DNA from: Epithemia pelagica
Taxonomy: Eukaryota; Protista; Bacillariophyta
Length of the DNA stretch: 64,000 nt
Assembly (NCBI GenBank): GCA_946965045.2
Contig: OX337236.1
Location: 930,001 to 994,000, forward strand
Direction: 5' to 3'
Part shown: positions 22,599 through 34,156 of the stretch, one piece after another
Position numbering within the stretch: position 1 is the stretch's first letter
Layout: each line of letters starts with the position of its first letter
Notes under the pieces: model-generated
Databases searched by the model: none
What the model was told of the DNA's origin: nothing
The model's input: only the letters and a program-made list of their open reading frames with translations
Position numbers and translations under genes: made by a program

Positions 22599-23972
22599 TT
22601 ATGCCCTCGCTACCGAGCGGTTCATTTCTTGAGCAAGCATCTTCCTATTGCGCTCTTGGTGTTTATTCAAGCTTGACTCAAAAGTCCGACGTGTCAGACC
22701 TTCCATCTCTCCCTCCTTTTCAAACGCCACTTCTCCTAGTTCTTCGAGCTGGGCAGCAGTGATTGGACGCATTTCATCCCAACTTACTTTGTTAAAGCAG
22801 AAGATGTTGAGCTCCCTTGTACCATTGTTACGGGCATTATTCAGCTTTGATTCCATCGCTTGATCCTCCCTTTGTTTTGCTGCGCGAACACTCGACTGTG
22901 CCAGAAGCATATCTTTGGCTTTCTGCGCCAAATAAAATACTCCTCCGATCCAATAACGAACAGTAAATTTGTCACCTTCTTCAACAATCTCGACCTCAAG
23001 AGCCCCAGTGTCTTTCTGGGCTTCTGCGTCAGGTACATGGCTAGTTCCTCCGCTGCTGTACACGTTGGCACATCCTGCGACCTTCACATAGACAGCATCG
23101 CAATACTTGCACTGTCTATACATGTTTCTGGGTCGCGAGGGTCCGTAACATCCCAGGTCAAGAGCTTATTTGTGGTCTTGATAAACTCTTGTAGCTTCAG
23201 GGACAAACTAACTCCTGCTTTTCCGTATACTACGTTCTTTTGTGAATCGGAAGCGAGGTTTTCATATGCGTCTCGGAAAATTGCGTCTTTCTCCCTCTGG
23301 ACGACCTTGCGGGCTTTAGCTTGCGTCGCAATGATGCACATATCTGATTCATTGGTCGGCCCTTGTTCAACAAGACTGTGGCATGCATCGCTTGCAGCTT
23401 TAAGTTTGGCAATCAGCTTGTTGATGGGTTTGTTGTATTTGCGGATGCCAGACAAGGAGGAAACTGCGGCAAGCTGCGCTGGGGTCACTTCAAAAGTATG
23501 GGGTGCGTGCAGGCTGGATGCAATAAACGTCGCAATTTCATCTCCCCTCGTATCTTTGCCAACCATGGTAATGTGACGGCTAGGGATTTCAAGATACTTG
23601 GCCACCGCGGTGACAAATTCTACTTTGTCATAGCCATCTTCAGGATTGGCATGATCAGCATGCGTAATGATTACTCGTACATCATCGCTTCCGAGAAAGT
23701 CCATAATGAGTTCAACATTTCTACCAACATTGTCCGCACGACTCTCGTATTTGATAACTGCATACACGCCACACAATGCGGTTCCCTCCAAGGCAAGTAG
23801 TACCAATGGCGAAGAGGTTGTGCTTGTTGTTGACACCAACCTCAATCGCCCTGGTGCAGCTGGAGGCTCCAGAGCCTGATGCATGGTGCGTTCCACAAAC
23901 TTTGTTCAAAACATTGCTTTTTCCATGACCCAGTGGGCCGAGAAAAGTCACGGCACGGAGGAATGCGGACAT
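22599..23972 (-). pseudogene. P-loop GTPase-like gene with C-terminal Cys module, at least two frameshifts
   Basis: FLGPLGHGKSNVLN (G1), SGASSCTR (G2), VIITHAD (G4-like); G3 DTPG lost at the frameshift near 23805. Second shift near 23125 leads to YRQCKYCDAVYVKVAGC. Confidence 0.7.
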
Positions 23973-24229
23973 GAATCAAGTAGTAGTCTCTCCAAAGGGG
24001 CTAATGCGAGGGGCGAAGAAGGGAACGTATATGAGCGTGTTTGGTCGTCCAATAGCTTTTATCTAGAATTTCTCCGCGTAAGCTCTGAACACAAACGATG
24101 AACGTCAACGCGTACCTTCTTAGTCGATCGAATCGATCACCTTTGAGCAGAATGAAAATAATGAGCTCAGGTTCAGATTAAATGAAAACTGATGCGGATC
24201 CAACAGAAAATATTTACTGTGAAACATGC

Positions 24230-24560
24230 CTTTGGATACTTTCACGGTGCATCAGTCCGGGGGAACCATCTGGCAATCAGAACATACCTTCAATTTCTGT
24301 TGAAGGATCCATTCACCGCTCAACCAATGAGGGAAAGCGACAAATGCCTGTTGAGATTGGCAAACTCACCCAAAGCAAAATTAAACTGATTTTGCTGTGA
24401 AACGAATGCATTTTACTTTCACCGGACCTTTGGTGGCAGCATCAGTCCGAGGGAATCAGAACATCCCTTCAATCTGTGATGAAGGATCCATTCGCTGCTC
24501 AACCAATCAAGGAAAGCTACAAAATCTTGTTTTGCAATTTGCGAATTCCAGCCGACGTTC
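24230..24560 (+). pseudogene. Possible decayed leucine-rich-repeat remnant (two imperfect copies about 190 bp apart)
   Basis: Fragments EGSI, PVEIGKLTQ.K.LIL, FTGPL and GSI...GKLQNLVL match the plant/diatom LRR consensus loosely, across stops and frameshifts. Confidence 0.3.
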
Positions 24561-24699
24561 ATGCTTTTTGCTTGATCTGGCTTTCGGAACATACAGTGGT
24601 TTGAGATTTTGCTGTGAAGCTCGAGTAGCCAATCAAAAATGAATGATAATTCAGCCAATCACGGGCATCCGTGAAATTTTATCCAGGAAAATCTGAAGA

Positions 24700-26353
24700 G
24701 GTTTACCGATGAGACAAAGATACGATCGCGAAAGTTCTTTCAACAACCATCGAAAATCGGGATCCACATTCGAGGATTTCAACTCCCATGCCAAGATGTT
24801 AGTCATGCCGGTACTCCAAGTCTTTGTTCATTTATTTGCGTCCCATCTTCTGACTGTCTTCTACGCCAAGCGCTTTGTCTGGAACGATCTTTATCCACCC
24901 ACATCTGGGATCGAGTGCTGCAGAACGACGAGACAGCACTTTCAGAAGGTCGATGCTGAAACAAGATTGAAGGTTCTGTTGATCTTTCTGGTGCTGCACT
25001 TTGGGTGTAAGCTGCAAGTTCGCCATGTCCACCTTGTTACCTTCTTGTTGGCCATTCCACAGCTGTATCGATTGCGCATGTTGCGAGACATTCGAGTGAT
25101 CTTGGGTCCTCTTACTCCCTTATTGTCGATCCAAAACGTCATTCGAGAACAAACCGCAGCCACCATTTTATCCCTGATGCTGTCGCTTACAGCCTTTGTT
25201 GTCTTGCGACCTGACAACACACAAGTTTTAGACCTTCTTCTTACACGTGTGAAACCAAACTTGGACATCTGCAAGGTTTTGGAATCGCCCAATTCCCGCC
25301 GGAAACTTCACGGTTCTTTGGCATTCTGCAATACTCTAGTGGCAGCACTAGGGTTTCTGCTAACATTCCAGGATCTATACGACGATGGTTCGAGCGTTAC
25401 AGGCTTAGAAACCTCAGTGTCTTCGGTCTAAGACCGTTTCTTTTCTTTTTCTTTTCTTCATACATCGCAAAACAAGATGTGAAAGTCTTCCCATCCTCCG
25501 CTATGAGCCACTGATTCAACGCGAAACAGTAAAGATACATAAACTTCTGTCCCAATAAACGTTCTCTTTGACTTTCAAAAAGCTTTGTGTTACGTGCGAA
25601 TGGTTCTAACAATTTCTTCATCTGGTCAAAAGTGGACGTGACAAAAGTCGGTATGAAACAGAAACAGGCCGGTGTGTTTCAATATGGCGGACCAACGGCT
25701 TGTAATTACGGTCGAATAACTGCAGGAGACTTGGCAATTGTGCGTCTGCGAGAGACATGCAAGTTGATCCAGCGGCCATGTACTCCTCGTGAATATGTCA
25801 TCGACCCCCGTCGCACATTCGCCCTCGAATGCATAGTATAGGGCGTTGCTCTTGGTCCTGAGACCACCTGGCTGCATGACGACCACATCATACCGCATCT
25901 CGCTGTTGATTGTACGATCTTCCTCTTATCCAACAGCCTTGTTGAGCTTAGGTTGGAAAATAGGCCTTAACCTATAAATCTCTCCGGACTACGGATGCCA
26001 TGATTCCCTTGGCATGAGATTCCATTCAGATATGAACAAATTGTGTTGATGTTTGAACTCCACGAGTCAAGCTTACCCGTCAGCCATCAGGAAGTGCAGA
26101 ATCTAAGTCCGTCTTGATCAGAAAGGCCTGGTATCTTTCTTGTTTTCGGATGTTCCATGAACCCCTCGAACCGACGCTGACGCTGCGGCATCGACAGGGG
26201 TAAGGTAGGAAAGCTTAATACTCGAATGAAAGCCATGCCACCTCGCTGTCATATCTGCTATTCTTTTCCAAAGCTTCTTTTCTTAACTGTTCTATTCATT
26301 TCTTCTCCAAACGGCGCGTCGTCTTCAAAGGTTGCGAACTCGATCGCCACCAT
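24700..26353 (-). pseudogene. Unidentified heavily decayed coding region
   Basis: Protein-like stretches on the minus strand (MVAIEFATFEDDAPF, STFDQMKKLLEPF...LLGQKFMYLYCF, WRTCSLHPKC) interrupted by many stops. No family recognised. Confidence 0.3.
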
Positions 26354-26561
26354 GGTCTTTTGGAAATAGCCGCGCAGTCGTCTGGAGTGTGGGGTAAACC
26401 TGATATTATCTGATACCAGAACGTAGATCTATCTATATGGTTTCCATACGTATTGAAAAGATAGGTAGTCATAACAAAGGAGTACAGTCTAACGTAATTA
26501 GTGTAGCTAAACCCACCTCCACCCGGTCTTTCGACCACTACACTTAGCACTACTAGCTAGA

Positions 26562-27501
26562 CTAATCTTCTACTTCGACTTGGAATACATCGAGGTCGTT
26601 GTTTTCGATACGAAGCTGGACCAAATTTACCACCGCCCCAAAAACCACATTGTGCCATCCAAGGTCACCTCTGTATTTGTCTTTTAGAATGTTGTACCTT
26701 TTGAAGTAGCTGTTGACTACTTCATGTCGTGCTCTTGCATCAGCCATCATTTTGTCCATAAAGTTGTTGTGTCCAGACGGTGTAATGAAGTATTCTCCAC
26801 CATCATTGTAGCCTCCATCTGCAACCATCATTTCCCCTTCATCCACTTCGTCTATGAGCCAATCTCTGCTGATATTGAGGTCTGCCCATGTCCCACAAGG
26901 GTATTGGCCATTCCACCACACAATCCACCCAGTGTTGATGCATACTCCAATTTCATAACGCAGCCCAGGTCCCTTGAATTTGTGGGAAAACCACTTAGGG
27001 TCAAATGGAGCAGGCTCAAAAATTCTAAAGTCTGTTCCATCAACAGTAATGAAGCAACATTGTCCTTCTTTTCTTGCATCATATCTATTTTCCCATTTTA
27101 TCTAAAGAAAACAGGACAAAGATGGTGAGAATACAATGCTGACAAACTGGTACACGCCGTCCTCATGAACACTTACCAGTACTTACATAGTTAAGATGAG
27201 CCATCAGCTTTGTCACTATCTTACTCCACTTTCTAAAAGTCTTTCTTGTTGTATTTGCAATTGCCACCAGGACATCTTCTGAGGCGTAAACCTTAAGGTA
27301 AAGAAGTCCCCACAACAGGTGGAATGGCTTCCCTCCTCTTGGCAGAAGGTTCTCTATTTCGTCCCACACATGCACACAAAGAGAAGGGGTTAGACTGAAA
27401 TAGCCTCAAAAAGCTCTATGAAACTCATTTGTTGTTGGATTTCCATTCTTCCCCATCATAGGAAGAGCACTTTGAATGAATGTTCCTGCATTCACCTCCA
27501 T
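26562..27501 (-). pseudogene. Harbinger-type DDE transposase (DDE_Tnp_4-like), one intron (27186-27102), premature TGA at 27408-27406
   Basis: HLLWGLLYLKVY, KTFRKW; ITVDGTDF, WFSHKFKGPGLRYEIGVC, MVADGGY, ARARHEVVN.YFKRY.IL. GTAAGT donor and TTTAG acceptor keep frame. Confidence 0.92.
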
Positions 27502-28229
27502 CGTCAGGAATTGTGAGTTTATGCGATATTCATGTTGGTGCCCATGCCGTGCAGTGAAGCTAAGTTCCAATGCCAAAACACTATTTCTTTGCGTTCATCA
27601 AGAATTTTCGTTATAGTAGTGTTCGAATTTAATGTATGACTGTCTTTACGTGAACGCCATGGAGTAATCTAAGTACAGAAATGGTCACAGTCACTATTTC
27701 TGGGTCACTTGGGTCTGATCCGGTCAGATCTTGGATCAGACCACTGTATCAGTTTCAGTGATGAGGACCAATATTGAAACATGAATAACTTTTCGCAAGT
27801 CTCTCTAGAAACAGTATAGAAGCGACCCTCTTATTCACTGAAAAAAGAGTTAACTAGATATAACTTAAGCCTAAACATTGCTCATCAACAAGGTCGTCTG
27901 GTCTGCCAATGAAAAAGCTGCCTGGGTCGAAAAAAACAACCTGGGTCGTTTTTTTGCCACCAGACCCAAAGACAACCTACGTAATTAATCCTTATATTTA
28001 ACCGACCCACAGTTAACTCATTAAATAAGGAACAAGGAGGTCGGTTCAGTATTGGCATAAGTGCCAATGTCATGGAGAAATCTTCATTTATAAGAATCAG
28101 GATCAGACCCGGTCTGATCCTGGTCAGACCAGAATACCAATTACCCAGTATGCTTTCTTGGTCATAGTTTGGTTTCGCCAAAAAAACCACCCAGGTACTA
28201 AACTCCCCAACGTTCATTCCAAAATTGTT

Positions 28230-29293
28230 ATGACACGCTCCGGTAGGAACTCCCTTGGTGAAGGTCCCTTACTCTCTTGGGATTCCAGGACAGCAGACGC
28301 TGAGTACCTGGAAGACTTGGTAAAAAATCGTGCCTTTGCAGCAAGCGCTGCACCAAAGCAAGTGTGGTCTGATCATCCACAGTTCATGAAGTACAAGCTT
28401 GAATCATTTCGTACTGCATTGAATAAACTCAAAAATAAATATGGATACCATTTGAGAGATGGCCCAAAGGAACAGGACAGTAAGGTGACCAGCAAGGAAG
28501 AGAGTTTCAATCCATTGGAAGATGTTGAGGATGATGCAGACAACGACCTTCCCCCTGGTTCTGGTTTGTTTGGGAAGAAGAAGGCACCAGGTGCACCAGG
28601 TAAGTCATGGTACGTGATCAAAATTGGCGACTTCTTGGTACCTACCTAATGTTCTCTCATCTATTGCTCTTTCTCTCTTTCTCTACAGATAAAATTAAGA
28701 GTATAGCTATGAATTTGTTACAAGGAAAAGAGAAAAAAAGGTCTGGAGTCGCCATTCCAGTTGGTGGTGCTGACCTTGGAGCATTGGAAAACAAGAGAAA
28801 GAAGTCAGAAAAGAAGGATATGATAAAAGAATGGACGCCCCCTCATGTGCTGACCCAGTGGGTGGATCAGAACAAACAAAAGCATGTGGTTGTAGTGATC
28901 AACCTGCCCACTGGGGTTGCGCACAGAGATACAACAAATTGCGACATTGAGGTTGGTGAGTCACAGAAGGAACTGATTGTGAAGATCATTTGGCCTACCA
29001 ATAGCACAGATGTGGGAGAACTGTTGAAGCAGTTCTCCCAGGAGTGGATGGAGAAGGATGAAAACATTCGTAAGAAATTGGCTCTAGAAGATGCATTCAA
29101 TCAATTGAAAGAAAGACAGACTGATTATGTGAGATCCAAGTTTGTCCTCTCTTTGCCTTTTGCAGTACAGTCAAAGTTTGACTACGAGTTTTTGTTTGAC
29201 ACTATCAATGGATTTCGTGCACTGATGGTTTTCCTAGACGAACCGGATGCAAAATTCGAGGGTGGAATGCGCCACAAAATGGTGGCCCTTTAG
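28230..29293 (+). CDS. Harbinger accessory protein (two exons; intron 28600-28688)
   Basis: Intact spliced frame MTRSGR...APGAP/DKIKS...KMVAL inside the TIRs, divergent from the transposase. N-terminal W...LEDL...PKQVW..HP.F..Y.L.SFR helical motif. Confidence 0.75.
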
Positions 29294-29805
29294 ATAGCTG
29301 TAAAGTGTTCTTGTGTCGCGGTTGCAAAAACCGGGTGGTGGTGGGGACCGATTACACTATATTTTAAGTTACCTATTATTCTGTTGATCGTATTACTAAC
29401 CTAGCAATAGCTAACATAGTCGGTCTGCCTTTCTATGATGAAGTGGGGCTGATATTATCAGGTTTACCCCACTCTCCTGTCCGGACGCCCGCACCGAAGA
29501 GCCGCTACCAAAGCTACTACTCCTATGACGTATCATCTTTGTCTAGCCACTCTAGCTAGAGGTAGCCAATGGCAAATCGCCCAGAGACAGATCGTCATCC
29601 TCGGCACCATGTTGACTCAATCAAACCAAAGGCAAACAACTACGAGCCACCTCCTTATCAGCTTATCAACCCATATCGGCTCTCCGTTACCAGAGTTTGC
29701 TCATGAAAGTAAATTCTATTTGAAAATTAGAGCTTCTCGTCTTGATTCTAGACACAAAAACTATTCACACTCCGTTTTAATATTGGTTACTAACATAATC
29801 TTCCT

Positions 29806-30436
29806 TTAAACAAGTTCAATGATTGCCATTTTGGCGTTGTCTCCTTGACGGGCAACCGTTCGGAGCACACGGCAGTATCCACCATTTTGGTCTTCGTATC
29901 GATCGGGCGCGGCTTCAAAGAGAGAATGGACCAATTGTTTGTCATAGATCCATGCCATGGCTTGTCGACGGGCGTGCAAATCACCGCGTTTTCCCAATTC
30001 AATCATGTGATCGACATGTTTGCGGACCGCACGAGCCCGAACCAAGGTCGTCTTGATGCGACCGTGACGGATCACTTCCGTGGTCAAGGCACGCAACAAG
30101 GCTTTGCGTTGATCGGCTGGCTTACTCAACTTTTTGAATCCCTTGCGGTGGCGCATAGCCAACTGAGTCGTCGTGATGGGGGCCGCGGCGGTGGGAGCCG
30201 CTGGATGACTGTGCAATGAGGCGGGTGGGTTTACCACTAAATGTCAAGAAAAATAAGAAAGGTTGTCCAAGGCAGCAATCATCCAAAAAATGTAGTGGTA
30301 CCACACGTGAGATATAAAAGAGGCAAATAAGAGATAAGAGGACAGTTATGCATTCTTATTGTTCGGAACAAAGCCACATACCGAACGCCGAAGTGACGCT
30401 CCAGAGCATCAAGAAAAGGGCCAAGACTCTGTTCAT
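29806..30436 (-). CDS. rplQ: Plastid ribosomal protein bL17 (nuclear-encoded; intron 30381-30237)
   Basis: [37 protein letters not shown]...GGYCRV...[14 protein letters not shown]. Exon 1 [18 protein letters not shown] supplies signal peptide and ASAFAP-like motif. Confidence 0.95.
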
Positions 30437-30850
30437 GATTACAATGTGTCAGGTTTAATCAATCCTTCGAAAAGCAAAGAACGGTGAACCCAGTCGTCAC
30501 TGAAGCAAAAGGAGACACAATGGGAGATGAATCGAGCGACAAAGACTTCGCTTCCCGAATGTTGACGATGATCGAGAGATGGTGATGGACGGTCCTGAGG
30601 ACAGCACAGAAGGCGAATTGATGGTTCGCCCATAAAGAAAGGGGTGAATGAACACAACTGTGTGCGTGGCGTACATGATGTCCACCCATCAGTTGTTCAT
30701 TTGCTTCCACCTGGAGGTTATCAGCCTGTCCGTCGACCATCATTTCGATCGCGCAAAACATGCATGCTCACTATTTTTTCGGGCGCGAAAGATCGAAATA
30801 TCTTTTATTCATCTCCTCGTTTAGACCGATCGACTTGTTGTAGTCTCTGA

Positions 30851-32795
30851 ATGAAGGACGCTCTCGTGCATCCTCCTTTCCCTTCCTTCTTGATTTCTAA
30901 CTTGTGGATGCTCACTCTTCTCCTCCTGCGACAATCAGTTCCACCACAGCGGTTACCATGGATCAACCATAGCCTTTGCCATGATACAGGGCGCTTGCTA
31001 TCATCGACGAGCATGAGTCATCATGGAGTGCATAAATCCATCACGTCTGTCAAAATGAGCACTATGTCGACAAGTCAGGCAACTGTGTCTTCGCCTCTTG
31101 AGTATCGTGCGTTCCTTGGCGTTGGATCCAATATGGGGGATAAATTTCGCAACATTCAACGTGGATTAGAGCTTCTCTGCCAAAGTGACCACTCGGAAAG
31201 CACGTCTCAAAGTGCATCTGGATTGGTGCGATTGGTTCGAACATCATTTCTATATCAAACAGCTCCCATGTATGTAACAGATCAACCGTCCTTTCTCAAT
31301 GGAGCATTGGAAGTGGAAACAAACCTTACCCCAGTCCAACTGCTGGACCGCATCAAGCAAGTCGAACAAGTCATGGGTCGAGACGCTAACGCCCTTCGCA
31401 ATGGCCCACGGCCACTGGATTTGGATATCTTGCTGTACGATCAACAAATCGTCAACGATCATAATGAGATCCGACTTGAGTCCGTCACAGTAGAGGATCA
31501 CAATTTAACTGTTCCGCATCCTCTCATGACCGAACGAGACTTTGTTCTGACACCCTTGTTAGATGTGACACCAGCTGAATATGTCCACCCAGGCATGAAT
31601 CAAACCTTGCGTCAGCTCCATCGCTCACTGATTGGACCACAGCCATCTTCGACAGCTTCAATGAATGATCCTCTTGAGGCGGACACACAGTCGTCCGTGG
31701 CTCGTGTTTTGCCATTGCCTCACAATCGATTACTTTGCTGGAATAACCGCAAGGCACATTCCGTTTTGGTGATGGGCATTCTCAATGTGACGCCGGACAG
31801 TTTTAGTGATGGTGGTCAATGGATATCGTCCCCACCACCCGATGACCATCAACTGGCTGCTCCAAATCGTGCCGTGGAACACGCACTCGAAATGGAGCGG
31901 GAGGGTGCCTCAATTATTGACATTGGTGGAGAGTCCACGCGACCGGGTGCACAACCGGTGTCTATAGATGAAGAACTGCAACGAACCGTCCCTGTCATTG
32001 AAGGTTTGCGAAAAGGTAAGATATCTCCTGGGCAAAACTCACCATCCACTTGTCGTACCTCTTGTTTTCATCTAACAAATTGTAATGTTTCAATGGAGTT
32101 CAGTATCCGACATTGCCATTTCGATCGATACTCGTAACGCCGCAGTCGCACAAGCGGCGATCTTGGCCGGGGCCGATATCGTGAATGACGTATCGGGAGG
32201 ATGCCACGATCCCGACATGTTGAAAACTGTGGCACAACTGGGCGTTCCATTCATTCTAATGCACATGCGAGGAACGCCACAAACAATGCAAACCATGACC
32301 AATTATGAGCAGCAGACTACGGTAGCATCTTCCAACAATGTGCTGGATCCAACGACGAACAGCCGTGGTCCGACACCGGTGGTAGACGAAGTGGCTCGTG
32401 TGTTACGGGAACGCGTTCATGCCGCACAACAGGCGGGCATTCCAGAATGGTTGCAAGTGGTAGATCCTGGGATTGGTTTTGCCAAGGATGGTATCGGCAA
32501 TTTACAACTGTTGAAGCACATCTCCCATATCCGTTCTTCGTTAAAGAATCGCCCTATTTTGCTGGGTACAAGTCGCAAGGGATTTCTGGGAAAACTAACT
32601 GGGGTGACGCATGCACCCGATCGCGATGTAGCCACGGTAGCGTCTCTTCTTACACCAGCCTGTTTCGAAGCTGCTACAGCCTCTGGCGAAAGTGAAAGCG
32701 ACGGGCCTCCAAACCTCTGTACGATCTGGCGCGTTCACAACGTGACTGCCGCTAGTCAAGCATTGAAAATCATGAATGCCATTGAAGAATCGTGA
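30851..32795 (+). CDS. folK-folP: Bifunctional HPPK-dihydropteroate synthase (intron 32016-32103); true start may lie downstream of 30851
   Basis: HPPK: FLGVGSNMGD, LYQTAP, FLNGA, NGPRPLDLDILLY, VPHP...RDFVL. DHPS: MGILNVTPDSFSDGG, IIDIGGESTRPGA, ISIDT, VNDVSGG, LMHMRGTP, VDPGIGFAK, GTSRKGF, RVHNV. Confidence 0.96.
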
Positions 32796-32959
32796 AGTGG
32801 AGGGCAAGATCTGAAAAATAATTGTGTCGGATATAGATTTTACTTAGGAGAACTTGCAATTTACGCTGATGGACAATCGAGGGCACGAAAACACAACGAA
32901 TGCTTCCTATACATGAAAGGTTAGCATTGTGGTGCAACACATACAGCACAGGAAAAAGT

Positions 32960-33850
32960 TCACTGACGCTGCTCAAACATGGTCAAATCAACTAAAAGAG
33001 TCGATCCAAGCAAAATGAGCTTTTCTTCTTGAGAGGCATCGATAGGAAAGAGAACGTGGTAAGCATCCTTTTGCGTGCAGCATTCATGCTTCCATCCAGT
33101 CCATAAGTTGTCGATTTGAGCATGGGAGGAATGACTCGAGACTATGGGTTCTTTGGTTTGTGGATTTCGTACCACAAAAGGGACACGGCAGCATTTGCCC
33201 TTGGGTCCATCGCAACGGCATTGGACGCACAATCCACAAACACAGGTGTCAGGACGCAAGCGGTAGAGTTTCTGGCCAGTGGCGTCCGTAACATCGTATT
33301 TGGGGACAAAGCAGCACCAGTCACAAATGTACTGAGTCTTGCCCAAAACTTGACCCGTTTCTCCATCCTTGGTGACCAAATACGGTAAGCAACAGCAAAT
33401 GGGAAACGAACAATCTCCAAAATTGAAGCAATATCCACATGTTTGATTCTTTTCGTGTATGGCAACAATGTTGGCGTCGGCGTCAATGGATTCCAACCCA
33501 GGAGGACGTTGACTGCATTGGCATGTGCACCAATCTTGATTTTCTGTCATCAATGCGGGAGGAATGGGACCCGAATGTTGAACAAACTTGGTGGTGCGAC
33601 ATCCAGGTAAAAGCCAACTCCACCAACGATGGCACAGACCCGATTCTTCGTGAATCCATCCTGAACTGTCCAAATTGTGGGGGTTCATGCCTGGTTCGAA
33701 ATTGTCGCCTTCGGCCACCACAAAATTGATGGACTTTTGGAAACAACAACAACGGCAACATTGTGATGTCGACTGAGCCAGAATAAGCTGGTCTTTCTGA
33801 CCAATCCGGTCCATCGTCAGGGGTTGTGGAGCAAGGGGAGATCGAGACAT
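32960..33850 (-). CDS. Phospholipid scramblase family protein (Cys-rich)
   Basis: From MSRSPLAP. WIHEES..CHR, ...IDNLWTGWKHECCTQKDAYHVLFP...EKLILLGSTLLVDLTMFE, the typical scramblase C-terminus. Confidence 0.8.
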   Translation of the reverse strand: MSRSPLAPQPLTMDRIGQKDQLILAQSTSQCCRCCCFQKSINFVVAEGDNFEPGMNPHNLDSSGWIHEESGLCHRWWSWLLPGCRTTKFVQHSGPIPPALMTENQDWCTCQCSQRPPGLESIDADANIVAIHEKNQTCGYCFNFGDCSFPICCCLPYLVTKDGETGQVLGKTQYICDWCCFVPKYDVTDATGQKLYRLRPDTCVCGLCVQCRCDGPKGKCCRVPFVVRNPQTKEPIVSSHSSHAQIDNLWTGWKHECCTQKDAYHVLFPIDASQEEKLILLGSTLLVDLTMFEQRQ

Positions 33851-34156
33851 GGTAGTGGTGATTAACCTTTGATAACTTTTATGATTATGATGGATCTTTT
33901 TCGTTGTTTCGTGAGACCACAATCGCCCGTCAACTTTGAATCTTGCGGAAGTTACCCAAAACTTGCGTTGCGTTATACGTGTGTAATGTACCAGCAGCGC
34001 GGTATCTACTCCCTTCCAGCTTTCGACTTTTGGTTGGTTGGCACGTGATGCTAAAATACATGCGACCGAATACTGTAAACGAGCGATTGAAAGTCGCTTT
34101 TGGATCTCATGAAGAGCGCGTACGTATTTTGTCGTGGCCGGATCATTAATGCCGCC

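Larger units (their letters stand above)
26385..29476. mobile_element. PIF/Harbinger-clade (PHIS) DNA transposon, two divergent genes, 3092 bp
   Basis: 28-bp TIR GAG(T/A)GTGGGGTAAACCTGATA(T/A)TATC(T/A)G (25/28 match). CTG TSD at 26382-26384 and 29477-29479. Inverted subterminal CCCACC.CCACCCGG blocks. AT-richer than flanks. Confidence 0.9.

Noticed and set aside
24709-25431. 240-aa plus-strand ORF
   Set aside because: No domain; lies opposite a decayed minus-strand frame.
26501-29357. Shorter Harbinger boundary flanked by TA
   Set aside because: The outer 28-bp TIR with an exact CTG duplication is a much better match; these inner blocks are subterminal.
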